Both the position numbers and the translations under genes were made by a program. A DNA stretch of 64,000 nucleotides from Trichosphaerium sp. ATCC 40318 (lineage: Eukaryota > Protista > Tubulinea), in the NCBI GenBank assembly GCA_038496445.1, contig JALMLS010000450.1:204603-268602 (forward strand), in the 5' to 3' direction. Positions 24,592-37,063 of this stretch are shown piece by piece. Position 1 is the stretch's first letter; the number at the start of each line of letters is the position of its first letter. Below the pieces are notes generated by a model. The model was given only the letters and a program-made list of their open reading frames with translations. It was not told the DNA's origin and did not search any database.

Positions 24592-27123
24592 CTAGAAAAC
24601 AACATCATCATTTCCGTATGTTGAACGCATTTCTTCAGTTTTAACTTCTCCACTCGTACCAGTAGTGACTACGTCACGAGCTCTTCTAGAAAAAGCCCAT
24701 CCTCTTTTATACGTATTCCTTACAGCAGCTCTAAACTGCCTGCCAGTCATCCAATAGCAGAAAAAAGTAATTCCAGGGCCTATGTAAAAAAATTGGTTTA
24801 AGTATTTTGTAGTTTTTTGTATGCTTTGATCTTTACCTGCGAACGTGTATGCTGCAATAAATGAAACAACAATGTGAATCAAATCTTTTTCACAATTTGT
24901 TTGTCCTGACAACAGACACGTAAATAATTCTTTAACTTTACTAACTCCATCTTTTCGCAGCTGTTTTTTTTTGGTTAGTTTTTCATTATTGAATTCGGAA
25001 CTATTTAATGTACTTACAAATTCTACGTATATGCGCCAGAATACTAAGGCGACACAATGAAACCAATATATAGCTACAACGCCTACAATTTGTTGTAGAA
25101 TATGGTCTCTACGTCTGGAATCTTTCTTTCCATATTTAGGCATCTAATAACATTTTAGGGATAATTTAATTATAGGAATTCTCAACTCAAGCACGTTCTC
25201 GTTGGATAAAAATTAAGCGTAAATATGCGTGGTAGGAACAAAATCAAAATAGCGTTTTATAGACCAGTTGGGTATTGATTGGATTTAAAAAAAACGTGCC
25301 TTCCAAAGCTTATAAAAAATATATGAAAAGCAGCAAGTTCCAATGGCTACTACGCAAGATATAGGATACCCAATAACAAATACCCTTAACATAGTATCAA
25401 TACATAGTTTAACACGACTATTTGGTTACTTACCAGTCCAAGCCAATACCGTAGCGTTTTTTTGCTTCGACAGAATCGGCTTAAAAATGTAAACATACTG
25501 TTACAATAAACTGCTCTTTAACGTACTGACGCAGAACGGAAATCCTATTATTTGCCCCAACGCACCCATTGACAGTGTTATTGTTACAAAAATACAAGGT
25601 AATACCCACGTGACTGCACATATAAACTAAACAGGTTAGTTGCACAGTTGTTAAAAGAAAAGGTTTCCTTGTGACACAAACGTACAATTTTATATGGAAG
25701 TGTAAATATGAGGGTCATATACTTAGAACCTACATATACGGCATACATAAGATTTATGGTCATAGCTAACCAAACGTATACAATTTGATGAGATGCAGCA
25801 ACAATTAAAATGGCTATTTTTGAAGAAAGTTAGGTGGAGGGTAAAACAAATGACAGATCTATACCTTGAATTGTACATAGTGGGAAAAATGGCCTAGCGC
25901 CAACTCCTTTACTCGCACAAAGCTATAAGAAAATCGTCAGGAAAGTACAAAATGAGGACAACGTACCACTGATTTAGGTGCAAACATAGACAAGCTTACT
26001 GCAAGAGCAAGAACTAAACTATCAATAGCCAAGATCACAACAAAGTGTGTTTGAAAGTGGTAATACCTTATTAAACTCTTAATAAGCGATAACTCTTATT
26101 AATCAGTTATTTTTTGTTACCTTGAATCTTGTAATAGTACGACAAGAGAAAATATCATGAGAATAATACTCAACACTGAAATAACACCAGTGACAACATA
26201 AATCATTAGGTATGTGAAATCTAATGATGTAATTATGTTATTTGGTTATCATTTTAAGGAATCATGGCATACCTGTCATTATAGGAGGGGGACATTGCCA
26301 GCAATTGGGTTCGACTTTAAAATGTGAGTGAGGCTTTTTTTTATCTTTTCATAGATACGTACAGTTCTCTAAGCCACGCGCGTTAGGATTGAAAACCAAC
26401 GGCTCTGGACAAGTATATTGGGGTATTGCTATGGTGAGTAATAAGAAACATGATTCTGTTGGCATAAAAATGAAAGAAAACGAAAACTCGGGTGAGGTTT
26501 CTTGTTGTTTAAAATACAATAATTGATAAACCTCAAATTTGAGCGTGCCTGCGTTGTTTGGAGAAGCAGAACAGTTTGTCGCTAGCGCGGGATTATTGCA
26601 ATCTGGTAGCGCAAGTTTTAACGCGTCAAATTCCACTTTGCATGCGTCTATGACGCCTAGGCACTGGTTTTTGCAGGGTATGCGAATGCCATCAATGCCA
26701 CAACCTTTTACTCAATTTAGAAGGTGCCTAACCAGGTTCGTAGCACGTACTAAGGAATATGCTTTCACAAGCGTATATAGTCGCTGCTGCTCTACACTCA
26801 GGAGACGCAAAGTTTATCAAGCCATTACGTAGCTGTTCATTTACTAGTCTTTTGTACGTTAGCCGCTTACTCTGGAAAATGAAAAAAAAAAATCCGAATT
26901 TTGTTGATCGTCACTGTAAAGAACCGCACCCGTTAGCTACCGCGAAAGAGCTTATATTAAAAGGATAAAAAACAAACGAGTTGTTTTTCACCACGATGTC
27001 GCATAGTCGGCCAGAACCTCCCGTTGCAATGTATGGTACGCATGGATTTACGTTTGGTGGGGCTGTTTGCGCATAGCAAAACGCTAAAAACGCAAAAAAA
27101 TACGTAAATAACGATAAACCCAT
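24592..27123 (-). CDS. Frizzled/Smoothened-like (Dictyostelium Fsl-type) GPCR with N-terminal cysteine-rich domain
   Basis: Signal peptide; Cys-rich domain (CVPY...LC...YACESIFLSTC...PCKNQCLGVIDAC...LPDC); linker CPEPLV...NCWQCPPP; then multiple hydrophobic TM exons ending in ORF 24592..25143. Confidence 0.7.
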
Positions 27124-27409
27124 TATCAGCAGCTTTTGTATTTAACTTCTATGCACCAATTTAATACGAGTTGATCTAAAGCGAAGTGTAGTAATTTGCG
27201 TTGTTGACCAATCACTGAACAATTGCCGTAAGCGCACTATCACTGCTTAGCTATTGCCAATACTTGCACTGTGGTTGTAGGAATAATTCGTTGGGTGACT
27301 AAATTGGTACCTCAAGTCATAAACGGCGACTTACCACTTACGTTATTTGGGACAACAGACAGGGCCTCACGCGTTCTAAACACAAGGCGCACGCAACTGA
27401 TCAGCACTG

Positions 27410-30400
27410 ATGTCCCAAAACGACTCTAAACGCGCCAAGGTACGCTCTCACATACTTTAATGTATTCCCGTTACCTCGGGTACAATAAACGTTACCTTTT
27501 GAACGTAATTATTGCCTCTTGTACCTTACTGTACAATGGCTTCATTGGTACAATGTACCATACCCACTGTAGAGCGTTGCTATCACAAAAAGCACCACAA
27601 GAACTGATCCTTTGTTTTGCACTAAACTTCCTTGCGTAGTTCCAGTCTGACTATGGAAGCTCACATAGCAAAAAGAGCGGTATTTTAAAGCGGAAAGCGA
27701 AAAAGAAATATTCTCAAGGCAAAAGCAGCAAGGTACAGTTCAAACACACTACAAACAAACCACACGTCAAAAACCAATACTAAACCTAAACTTAGGGAGA
27801 CAGTTCAAGTACAAAATCGGTAAGTGCCTTCAACATGCGATGTGTCAATTAACTAGCTCAACAGAAAGGAAGTGCCAAAAAATCGCCTCGTGTCTCAAAC
27901 GCTGTCAAGGTAGACACTGCGACTTCAGGATCTCCCACTACCCCGTACGCTTACGCTACGCCACAGTTTCATTTAATACGCAACCAGACGACCAAAACAT
28001 ACCTCACTCAGAGGCAAACCGCCTGCGACTGGTGGTGAGGTATCTAAATGGTTAAAGTACTATAAAGATGGTGTAGTGATTGCAGATGGTCAGCTACGGG
28101 TACGAGCGTCAGAATTGGGGTCGCAAAGCGATTTATCTTACTTGTAACACTAGGGTGGTCGTCTTCAAAATATTGTAGAGTACCTCACATCGTCTAAATC
28201 AAAAGTACATTTGCACAAAGAAGTTTTGACAAGTTTTCGGACTTTCACAACACCACGGGAGTTATTGGATTTGTTAATAGCTCGTATGGATATTAATAAC
28301 CCATCTAAAGTGAATGAACTATTTTTGACGCGTGTGCGGTACGTATAAAAATTGTTATTACGTCAGAGATTTTTTTATTATTTTTATTTATTTTTTTCTC
28401 TTGTACTCATTCTAATATCCTTTCTGTTCAGCTCTTTGAACTTTATTAAACAGTGGGTTGCTAAGTATAGAATCGATTGGCGGAATGATGAGATATTAAG
28501 AGAAAGTCTTCGTAAATTCTTACAAGGCGAAAGAGTTATGTCTATGTTTGAAACACAATGTAAAGGGGCACTTTTAAAACTAGATCTAGTGATGGAACAG
28601 GTATGTATACATTTAAATCTACGCCAACTATGTCAATAAAACACGTACTAAGTATGTATTTAGGCTACAAGACCTACCGTCAGTCATAATCAAAGGCCTC
28701 CGCCGTCTAGGGTATTACCGAATCTTGGTGCTAATCCTAGTACGCTCAGAATGAGTTTTGATGCCTTTTTGTACTTACAACTTTTAGCTATCGATGATTT
28801 TCACCCAGAAGAGCTTGCACGTCAAATTACACTCATGGACTGGGACTTGTATGTCAAAGTAAAGTCTTGGGAGTGTTTAGGTTGGAATCAAAGTCATGTA
28901 GACAAGAAAAAGGTTTCTCCAAATGTTAGTCGTGTGATAGACCACTTTAATAGGGTTAGTCAGAGTTTTATTTTAACTTTTCGCTTACAATTTTATTTTC
29001 AGATATCAGGGTGGACTATCTGTGTAATTTTAGATGAACCTGACTTTAAACAACGCGTTAAGGTCATAAGCAAACTTATTAAGATGGCTGCTGTACGTTA
29101 TATTTTTTCCTTTATTATTTTTCTTGTTGTTGTGCTGGTTAGGCGGTTTATGCGCAAAAAACAATTGTAAGCTTGATTTATTGCGTTGGCTAACTTTAGT
29201 TTTTTTACCCTTAGAAACTGCATTCTCTTAATAACTTTAACTCCTTGATGGCTGTTGTTGCTGGATTAAGTTTTTCAGCAGTTAATCGTTTAAAACACAG
29301 CTGGTCTCAAGTCACAAAACAATTGGTACGTAGTTGTTTTGACACTTAAACCTGCAGTACAATTGACATTTTGTATGCATAGACTGCTAAATTTGAAGAG
29401 TTGAAGCTACAAGCAAAACGAGATGCACTACGCGAAAGCATAAAGAACGCAAATCCTCCTTGTATACCATATCTTGGTCTCTATTTAACGTTGCTGAGAC
29501 ATATTGAAGAAGGTAATAACGCACAAAAATGAGATATTAGAATTAACGTTCTTTTACAGGAAACTCGGATTATTTAGTTGGATTACCTGATAGGAAGGTT
29601 ATTAACTTTAATAAGCGTAGAATGATGACGCGTACGGTTTTTTTTTTGGGTATCTTTCAATTTATTTTCTTTTAGAAGTTTTGGGGAGCTTCATGCCATT
29701 CCAACAAACTCCATATAATTTAGAACAAGTACGTAGTGGTTGCAAGAAGAAATTCTATTTTTCTCGACTTGGGTGATTTTCTATGCGTGCTGACAATGGT
29801 ATAAAAGGTCTTGTATATTCAAAATCATATAAGCGATTATCCACTTAAAACAGATGATGAGAAACACAAAATATCTGTAGTGTTGGAGCCAAGAAACACT
29901 ACAATCCGTGATATAATATCAGAATCTAAGGAGCAACGTAGCAGAGCAAAAACTGGATTTACTACTCCAGACTCAGTCTCAGGTAAGAAGGAAATTTTAT
30001 TTCGCCAAAAAAAAAAGTCGAATGCGTGACTTAGTATTTGGTATAACTTAACGATTGCTAGAAATTGACTCAATAGCGAAAAATGTTTCTGGATCATCAG
30101 AAGAAACTTATGATGGCTTATCATCGAGCACAGGTGTTGTAGGATCAGTCCAAAAGGATAGATCTGAGCTTCGAAAATCAAGAAGTTTTCAAAGCTTTAA
30201 AGTGTTTCCAGCTCCTGGAGGTTCCACAGAGTTGGCCGAGGTCACTAAGATTAAGCGTGCAAATACGATAAATCGAAGAAAATTTTATGATAGGCCACGT
30301 GGAGGTAGTACTTGGGGTGGCTTGGGATCTTCAAGTACGTGTCTTTTTTGCAATTTCGTAAAGATCATGTGCACAACCCTCACTCTGTTAATATTAAATT

Positions 30401-33400
30401 TTAGTAGGCGAGGATAAAACACTAAATTCTGGATCAATTATTCGCAGGGCACTAACTGTTAATTGTGACAAAAAGGATCTGGCAGCTAAGTACCCGTCTG
30501 TACGTGTTTTTTTTTTGAAAGTTTGACATGTCAAACCAAATCTCACTTACATTTTAGGAGAACCCTGATCAACTGGCCTGCAGAGCTCTTGTTATGGAGC
30601 TTTGTGTTACAGAACGTACTTACATCAAAATGTTATCAGCTTTGGTGCGATATGCGTACAAACCTCTTCGGTACGACTTGATCATGTTCCATGATATTCA
30701 TTAATATTATTTTTTAGCATGAGATCAAAACTGGTTACAGTAGAACAGCTCGAAGTACTGTTCCCTAATTTGGAAGAGATATTGGCTTTTCATAAACGTC
30801 AGCTTCCTGCATTAGAGGAGTGCGTTAAGCATTGGTCACCTACTACTAGTAGTATTGCAACAATCTACCTTGCCTGGGTATGTTTTTTTAAGACACTTTT
30901 ATTTTTCTCTGAAAATACAAGTAACATGCTAATGATTACGTATAGCAACCATATTTCATGTTGTATGCAGATATTATCAATAACCAATCTCGAGCAAGTA
31001 CGTTGCTCCGACATATCCTACAAAATGGTGCTTGTGCTCAAATTCAAGAGGTATAACAATTTTTTTTATGAAATACTTGCTTTAACTCACGTTTTTTAAA
31101 GCAATTGACCCATAATGCATCAATCAAGGGTCTCAACTTCAAATCTCTACTTTGCTTACCTCCTCGCCGTCTTATTCGTTACACTGAAATTTTGGCTGCT
31201 TTAAAGAAACACACACCGGATGATCACCAGGACGCTAAGAAATTGGTACTTTAAAATAATTTTATTGTAGGTTGTTTGTAACTTTGTTTTTTATTAGACT
31301 GAAGCAATTCGAGCAATGAAAGATGTATCTATTCATATCAAAAATAGTAGAGCAGAGCGTAAGCTTGTAAACAGAGCAAATGAAATAGAAAAGAGACTCA
31401 TGGAGGTAAAGGAAGGAGAATTATTTACAAAAGAAAGGCGTCTTGTTGACGAACTTGATGTTTACCTCATAATAAGTTCACAAGGTATGCTACTTGTCGT
31501 ACCTGTTGTGCTTTATAGAAGGTGTTAACCTTGCTTTATTAGATTCTCTTCACCACAGTGCAATATTCTTAACTGATGCGCTACTTCTCTTTCAATCAAA
31601 TGGGAACAGTAGTGCACATTACTCTGTTGTTGCTTATATGCCGATTTGTGATGTTGAAGTTCTTATTCTGCAAAGAGAACAAGGCATACCTATTAGTAGA
31701 GCTGATACAGGAGAGCCTATGGATAGTAACCATTTCCTTGAATTACGTTATAAAGACAGAAGTTATGTTCTAGCTATGACGAATGATGCCGACTTGAAAA
31801 GATTCATGACAATTTGTGCAAGATTACGACATTCGCTACAAACAAAGTTCTGGGATGCTATTATACCTAAAGGAGCTAAAGTTAAGCCTGCAGCCCAACA
31901 TACTTGTGCTCGTGTTGGCGAAGAATTCCTTGTCTTTGGAGGCCATATGGAGGGCACATACGATAACTTCTTGCATAGCTACAAAGATGGTACTTGCATG
32001 TTTTTTTTTCAAACAAAATTCTTTCTGTGTCTGTTTGTTGCTTTTATCGAAATTGATTGATTTTCATTTCGCTGTGGATCTGGTTATGGCGATATCTTCT
32101 GATATTTTTTTTAGGTAAAATGACGTATATTGAGACTACAGGGATAACACCTCCTCCTGTTGCTGAACATTCTATTGCTGTTTTAAAGGATCAAGTTATT
32201 ATTTTTGGTGGAGTCTGTGCTACAGATGTGAGTGGTTTTACTGATTCTGTTTACATATTACATACTTCCAACAACTCATGGATGGTCCCTTGGATAAAGG
32301 TACGGCTCATAAAGACAAGTTCTTTTTGTTTAAGGTGGTTACCTTTTTTTTTTTCTTTCTTTTTTACAAAACTTTATTTTGTTCACAAGTTGTCTTAGGG
32401 AAGCCGGTATAATAAACCAGTTGGTAGAGCTGGACATTGTAGTGTTGTTGTAGAATCCACTGAAGAATTAATTATGTTCGGTGGGTATAATGGCGTGAGG
32501 CTGTTTAATGATATTTTTACACTTAACATACCTAAAATGCGTTGGCTACGAGTTGAAGTCAGAACAACCTCCCCAAAGCCTCGTTATGGTCACTGTGCTG
32601 TAAATTTGGACGATAAGGTATACGTTTTTGGTGGAAAGCTTGAAACTGGTGCCTGTGCGAATGATTTATGGCTTTATGATCCAGGTACGTTTCTTTCTTT
32701 TTTTGTTGAATACCCAAACCTAAATTTTGAACTAGTTCAAGTTACTTGGACTGAATTAAAGCCTGATGGATTTGTTCCTGCTGCCAGATATTATATGGCT
32801 GCTACAGCTCTTAGTAAGACTACATTTGCAATGTATGGTGGTCGTGGTAATGACGTTTATTCTGACTTGTACATCTATGATGCTGGTGCGTTTCAAGTTC
32901 TTTTGTTTAGTTTCTTTTTGCGCTTTCTTTGTGCTAATTTTTTTTATCCAATAGTTACCAACACATGGCTAAGGTGTGATCTTCAAGTACCTCTGCAGCC
33001 AAAGTTTGGCCATACCTTAAGTGCGAGCCATGAAACACCAGCAAAGAAACTATACATAACAGGTGGTATGACAATCGATGCTATTACTGGTGAGCCTATT
33101 ATGACCAATGATGTTGTTGAACTTAATAACCTTGGTACGTTATTTGAACCACCACAAAGCATAGGTCGTAGAGTTAACACTTACCTTGTTTATAGCGCAA
33201 ATCAAGACATTTGGAGAAGAAAAGCTTGCGGTGAAAATGAACGCTGTTATCTCCGGGGAGGCTGAGCCTGTTGTACCTACCAGTTTGTACGTTTTTTTCT
33301 GATGTATTTATGCGACCTGATGCCGCTTTTTTTATTCACCGTAATGGTGTCTTATTGTTCTTTATAGTGTAAGTAAGCTATGTGGTGATGCACCTGCTGA

Positions 33401-35256
33401 TTGGCAGCTGAGACATTTCAGATTTCCTTCTGCTTTATCTCGACCTTGTTCTAGTATTTTTGTACTACCTATTGTACAAGAAGACTTGCAAGTGGATGAT
33501 CCAGGAGCATTTGAAATACATAAAAAAATAGGTAGCGGTAAATTTGGGACTATCTATGCTGCAAGGTACAACTATAGAACAACACCCAAACACCTTGGAA
33601 GCGCCTGAAGGCTAAACCTTTTTTTAAATCTTTGAAGTTACTCATTTTTTTTTCTTATAGATTACGTGATACTGGGTTTCCTATTGCGATTAGAGTCGTA
33701 GAAGTAAGCGCAGCAAAATCAAAGGCATTAGTAGAAGAATTCACATACCTAAATGAGTTTAAACACCGTAATGTGTTACAGTATTATGGTTCTAGAGTTC
33801 AAGTCACTGAAGGTTTTGGTAGTTGTTGGGTAAGCCGTCTTCGAGAGATGAAGTTGATTTATTTTATTGTTTATTTAATTGCTAACACAGTTTGTTTCTA
33901 TTAGATTGCCACAGAGTACTGTGAGCTTGGTTCTATAAGAGATATAATGGAGAATCTTAGTATTAATATGAGTGAATCTCAAGTGTGTAGTGTAGTAGCA
34001 CAAGTCCTTGAAGGACTTTCTTATCTGCACTCTCAAAAGGTTGTCCATTCTAATATTAAAGCCGCCAATTTTATGTTGACTTCTGACTGTACAGTCAAGC
34101 TAGGTACGTTAACTTCTTTTGTGGTGATTTTTTTTCTGCGTTTTTGCCTTTATTTAACTCTACTGCACTAGCTGACTATGGTATTATCCAAAACTTGGCT
34201 TTGGTTAACGGTGTAAGCCCAACAAGCTGTTCATACTATTGGCTTGCACCTGAAGTTCCTGAAAACCAAGAAAAGACTACAATGTCTGATATTTGGGCAC
34301 TCGTACGTTTTTTTTGAAATGACTTATTTTCAAAGCTTACAAGTGTTTAGGGTATTTCTATGATGGAGATGCTTGAAAATACACCTCCTTATCTTGCCCT
34401 TTCAAGAGAAAAGAAGTACTCAGACACGCTCCTGCACTTGTTACACAAGTGTCTAAGTAGTATACCAGAACAAAGACCAGCTGCTACAGAACTCCTACAA
34501 GTACGTCATTATCAATAAACAGCCGAGTTATGGTTGTCTTTCTTTTCAGACCTTTGTCAGTTTTATCTCTTCTGTTTTTTTTTATGTTACTTTTGCATTA
34601 GTACTATTGTGTTTGTTACTTATTTCTTTTTTCCCTCTCGTAGATGCCATTCATACAAGATAGACCACCTGAGTTATTTTGTTTCTATGAGTTACTGAAG
34701 GCATTATATCCCAAAGAAGAAGAGGAAGAAGATAATTCAAATACAGCTATTCCAGTATGCTTTTTTTTTTTTTGCAATTCACTTCTTATACTCCCCTTAG
34801 GATTCTCCTGCTCAAGCCGAAATGAGTTCGCCAACAAGTGATAGCACAACATCAAGAGGACAAGAATCCCGAACTCAGAGTATTTCAGACTCACCAGAAC
34901 CAACAAGGAAACCTCCTCCGCTTTGCCTCCTTGATGGTAACGCTACTCCTATAGCATCTGCCCCCAATAGTAGCAGGTCTTTAGAATCTGCTTCAAAGAA
35001 CCAATTAATACTTGAAGCTGTCGGTGAAGCCAACTTTAAGACGCATGTTGCTCCTTTGTTATCTGAAAATTCAAGAATGAAACAAGAATTAAGGTACAGT
35101 CTTTTAGTTTAGGTGGTTCTATTGTAAAACTAATGTTTGGATTTTTGTAGGTTCTTACAGCGTGAGCTTGCTCATTATAAAGCGCTCCAAAGAGACTTTG
35201 TTTCGCTTCAGAAAGAGATGGCTCAAATGAGCTTGAAACTATCAAATAAGGATTAA
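27410..35256 (+). CDS. Multidomain signalling protein: RasGEF_N, RasGEF (CDC25), RhoGEF (DH), PH, Kelch repeats, STE20-like pseudokinase, coiled coil
   Basis: REM: [23 protein letters not shown]25: [38 protein letters not shown]: [30 protein letters not shown]...LKKHTPDDH. Kelch: PRYGHCAV...VYVFGG. Kinase: [28 protein letters not shown]. Confidence 0.85.
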
Positions 35257-35814
35257 ATAAAAGAAGCGTCAAATTGTAATTTTAAACAACAAACCTGTAA
35301 ATATGTCAAAAATAAAAAAAAACCAAACAAAAAATCTAATATTCAATTTGGACAAGCTAAGACAACTGGTAGTTGCACGATTAGCTACTATAGAACCTCT
35401 TTTTTTTAGAGAATCTGTATGCAGGGTGTATGGAGAGGATTAAATTTGGAATGCTCTGCCAAGAGGCAACAACAGCAACAAGTGGATAGGTTATACTCAA
35501 GTTTTTAAGGCGTTTGTAATTTTGCTATTTGATAGCACGTTTTTTGATTGTATTGTTATGTTTCTCCGTGGTATAGCGCCTGACTAATCCATCAAAACGC
35601 AAGCGACCATGTAATTCATTATGTGAAAATCAAGCACACAGTGCCCTTGAGTCATATACGGAACTTGATCTAGTATTAGGGTTTCCAAAAGCATTCTTAT
35701 CTGAGAATTCCTGTAGCATTTATAAATTAGAACTTACATCAACGTTACGTACAACTGTTCTGTTACATTATCATGTGGTTTTTTCTACAATTGATTAGCG
35801 TATTGCTGTAGTAT

Positions 35815-35920
35815 AATACAATTAATCTTAGTGATACATAAGTAACTAGTGAAGGCACCAAAGCACTTGCTGGATACTTTTAACTTCAATTGCACTTCAG
35901 TAATCAACAAAGGCTTACAA
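35815..35920 (+). pseudogene. Degenerate LRR fragment related to the F-box/LRR family at 43468-44265
   Basis: Reads INLSDT*VTSEGTKALAG with an in-frame stop; compare IDLSDTNVTDEGLKALAG in the intact gene. Confidence 0.6.
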
Positions 35921-36006
35921 AATAAAAAAATTGAACATTCCTGAACTCGATGTTAGGTTTTTTCGTGTTTTTTTCTCAAGTTTTTGTTTAGCAATTGTAC
36001 ATATTT

Positions 36007-36201
36007 TAAAGCAGGTACAACTCCTTTGTAGCAACCTGGAGCGAAACTATCTGCTTTTATCGCTGGCCATCTGAATGACATCTTTTTTGAGCCTCCACCG
36101 TATGTGTTGGCAGAGCTTTGCAAGTTGACTTTAAGTACATGTCTGATGCCATCTTTGTTACTCTTTACAAGTTCTCCCAACCTTAACATTCCTAAGTACA
36201 C
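36007..36201 (-). pseudogene. N-terminal-side fragment of a bacterial-like hypothetical protein gene (continuation at 39431-40018 on +)
   Basis: LRLGEL...GIRHVLKVNL...FRWPAIKADSFAPGCYKGVVPALK. From memory of bacterial homologues this continues directly into MGALLAL. Confidence 0.55.
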
Positions 36202-36400
36202 TTCTTTAACAAAGCATTGAAATGCAAAAGAACAGTATCAAGTCATTTTGTTGAATTTAAAAGCCACGGTTGAAATTCCACAATTTTCAATTTTTCAGAG
36301 AATATCTTTTCGTGCATTAGTTATGCAGAAATAAAGTGGTATGATTAAATGCTGCCTTTTTGGCGCTGTCATTGGAGTATTGCTGTTAATAACAACAAGC

Positions 36401-36469
36401 GCCTGTATAGCTCAATTGGCAGAGCAGTGGTTTTCTAAGCCATTGGTTGCAGGTTCAATCCCTATAGGC
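36401..36469 (+). tRNA. tRNA-Arg(UCU)-like gene, probably a pseudogene (3' side of T-stem deleted)
   Basis: Acceptor stem GCCTGTA/TATAGGC; D-arm GCTC-AATTGGCA-GAGC; anticodon arm GTGGT-TTTCTAA-GCCAT; T-arm GCAGG-TTCAATC-CC, lacking about 3 nt (TGC). Confidence 0.7.
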
Positions 36470-36483
36470 TAACAATAGTTTCT

Positions 36484-36570
36484 ACATGAAAACGGAAACT
36501 TGAAGCATCAATGCGATCGCAAGGTGATGAACTAGTGGGTGAATACGGAATGGCATGAGAATGGAAATTG
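36484..36570 (+). pseudogene. MORN-variant (YwqK/MORN_2-type) repeat fragment
   Basis: HENGNLKHQC...ELVGEY...WHENGN with frameshifts. Confidence 0.5.
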
Positions 36571-37063
36571 GTTTGTTTTGAATACAATTTGTTACCACCT
36601 CTTGTATTCTCCTTTTTGCTTGTAGTTGATGTAAGCTGAGTCTAATCTAAACTTTACTACATATGATAGAATTTTCCATGATTTTGCAAATCTTGTGGTC
36701 CTGCTGTGTTTTGAAAGAAGTTACCAATGAATGTACAGTGATGAATCCAAATCAATAATATCGAGCTGAATCAACTGGAAGGTGCAGTAGATAGCAGTGT
36801 TCTGATTCAGATGTACTTTTCTCATTTGCAGGTGCTAATACCTAGGCATAGTGACGAGGTAAGGGAGTGTGCTGAGTAGAATGTAAAGCACTTGTTACTT
36901 GGGTGACAAAAGCAGGAGCGAGTTGCAAAGATTCACTAAGTGTTTGAAACGAAATCAATAAGTGATTTTTCAATGAAATTACAAGTTAAGCTATTCAATA
37001 CAGCTAAGTTACATCACTCGTTACTGAACTTACCATCGACACGTAATCTCAGCCTTATATACC

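Noticed and set aside
20891-27123. A complete contractile injection system locus around the tube-like gene
   Set aside because: Neighbours are PLGRKT, a GPCR and an orphan ORF. No sheath, spike, baseplate or ATPase motifs were recognisable in this window.
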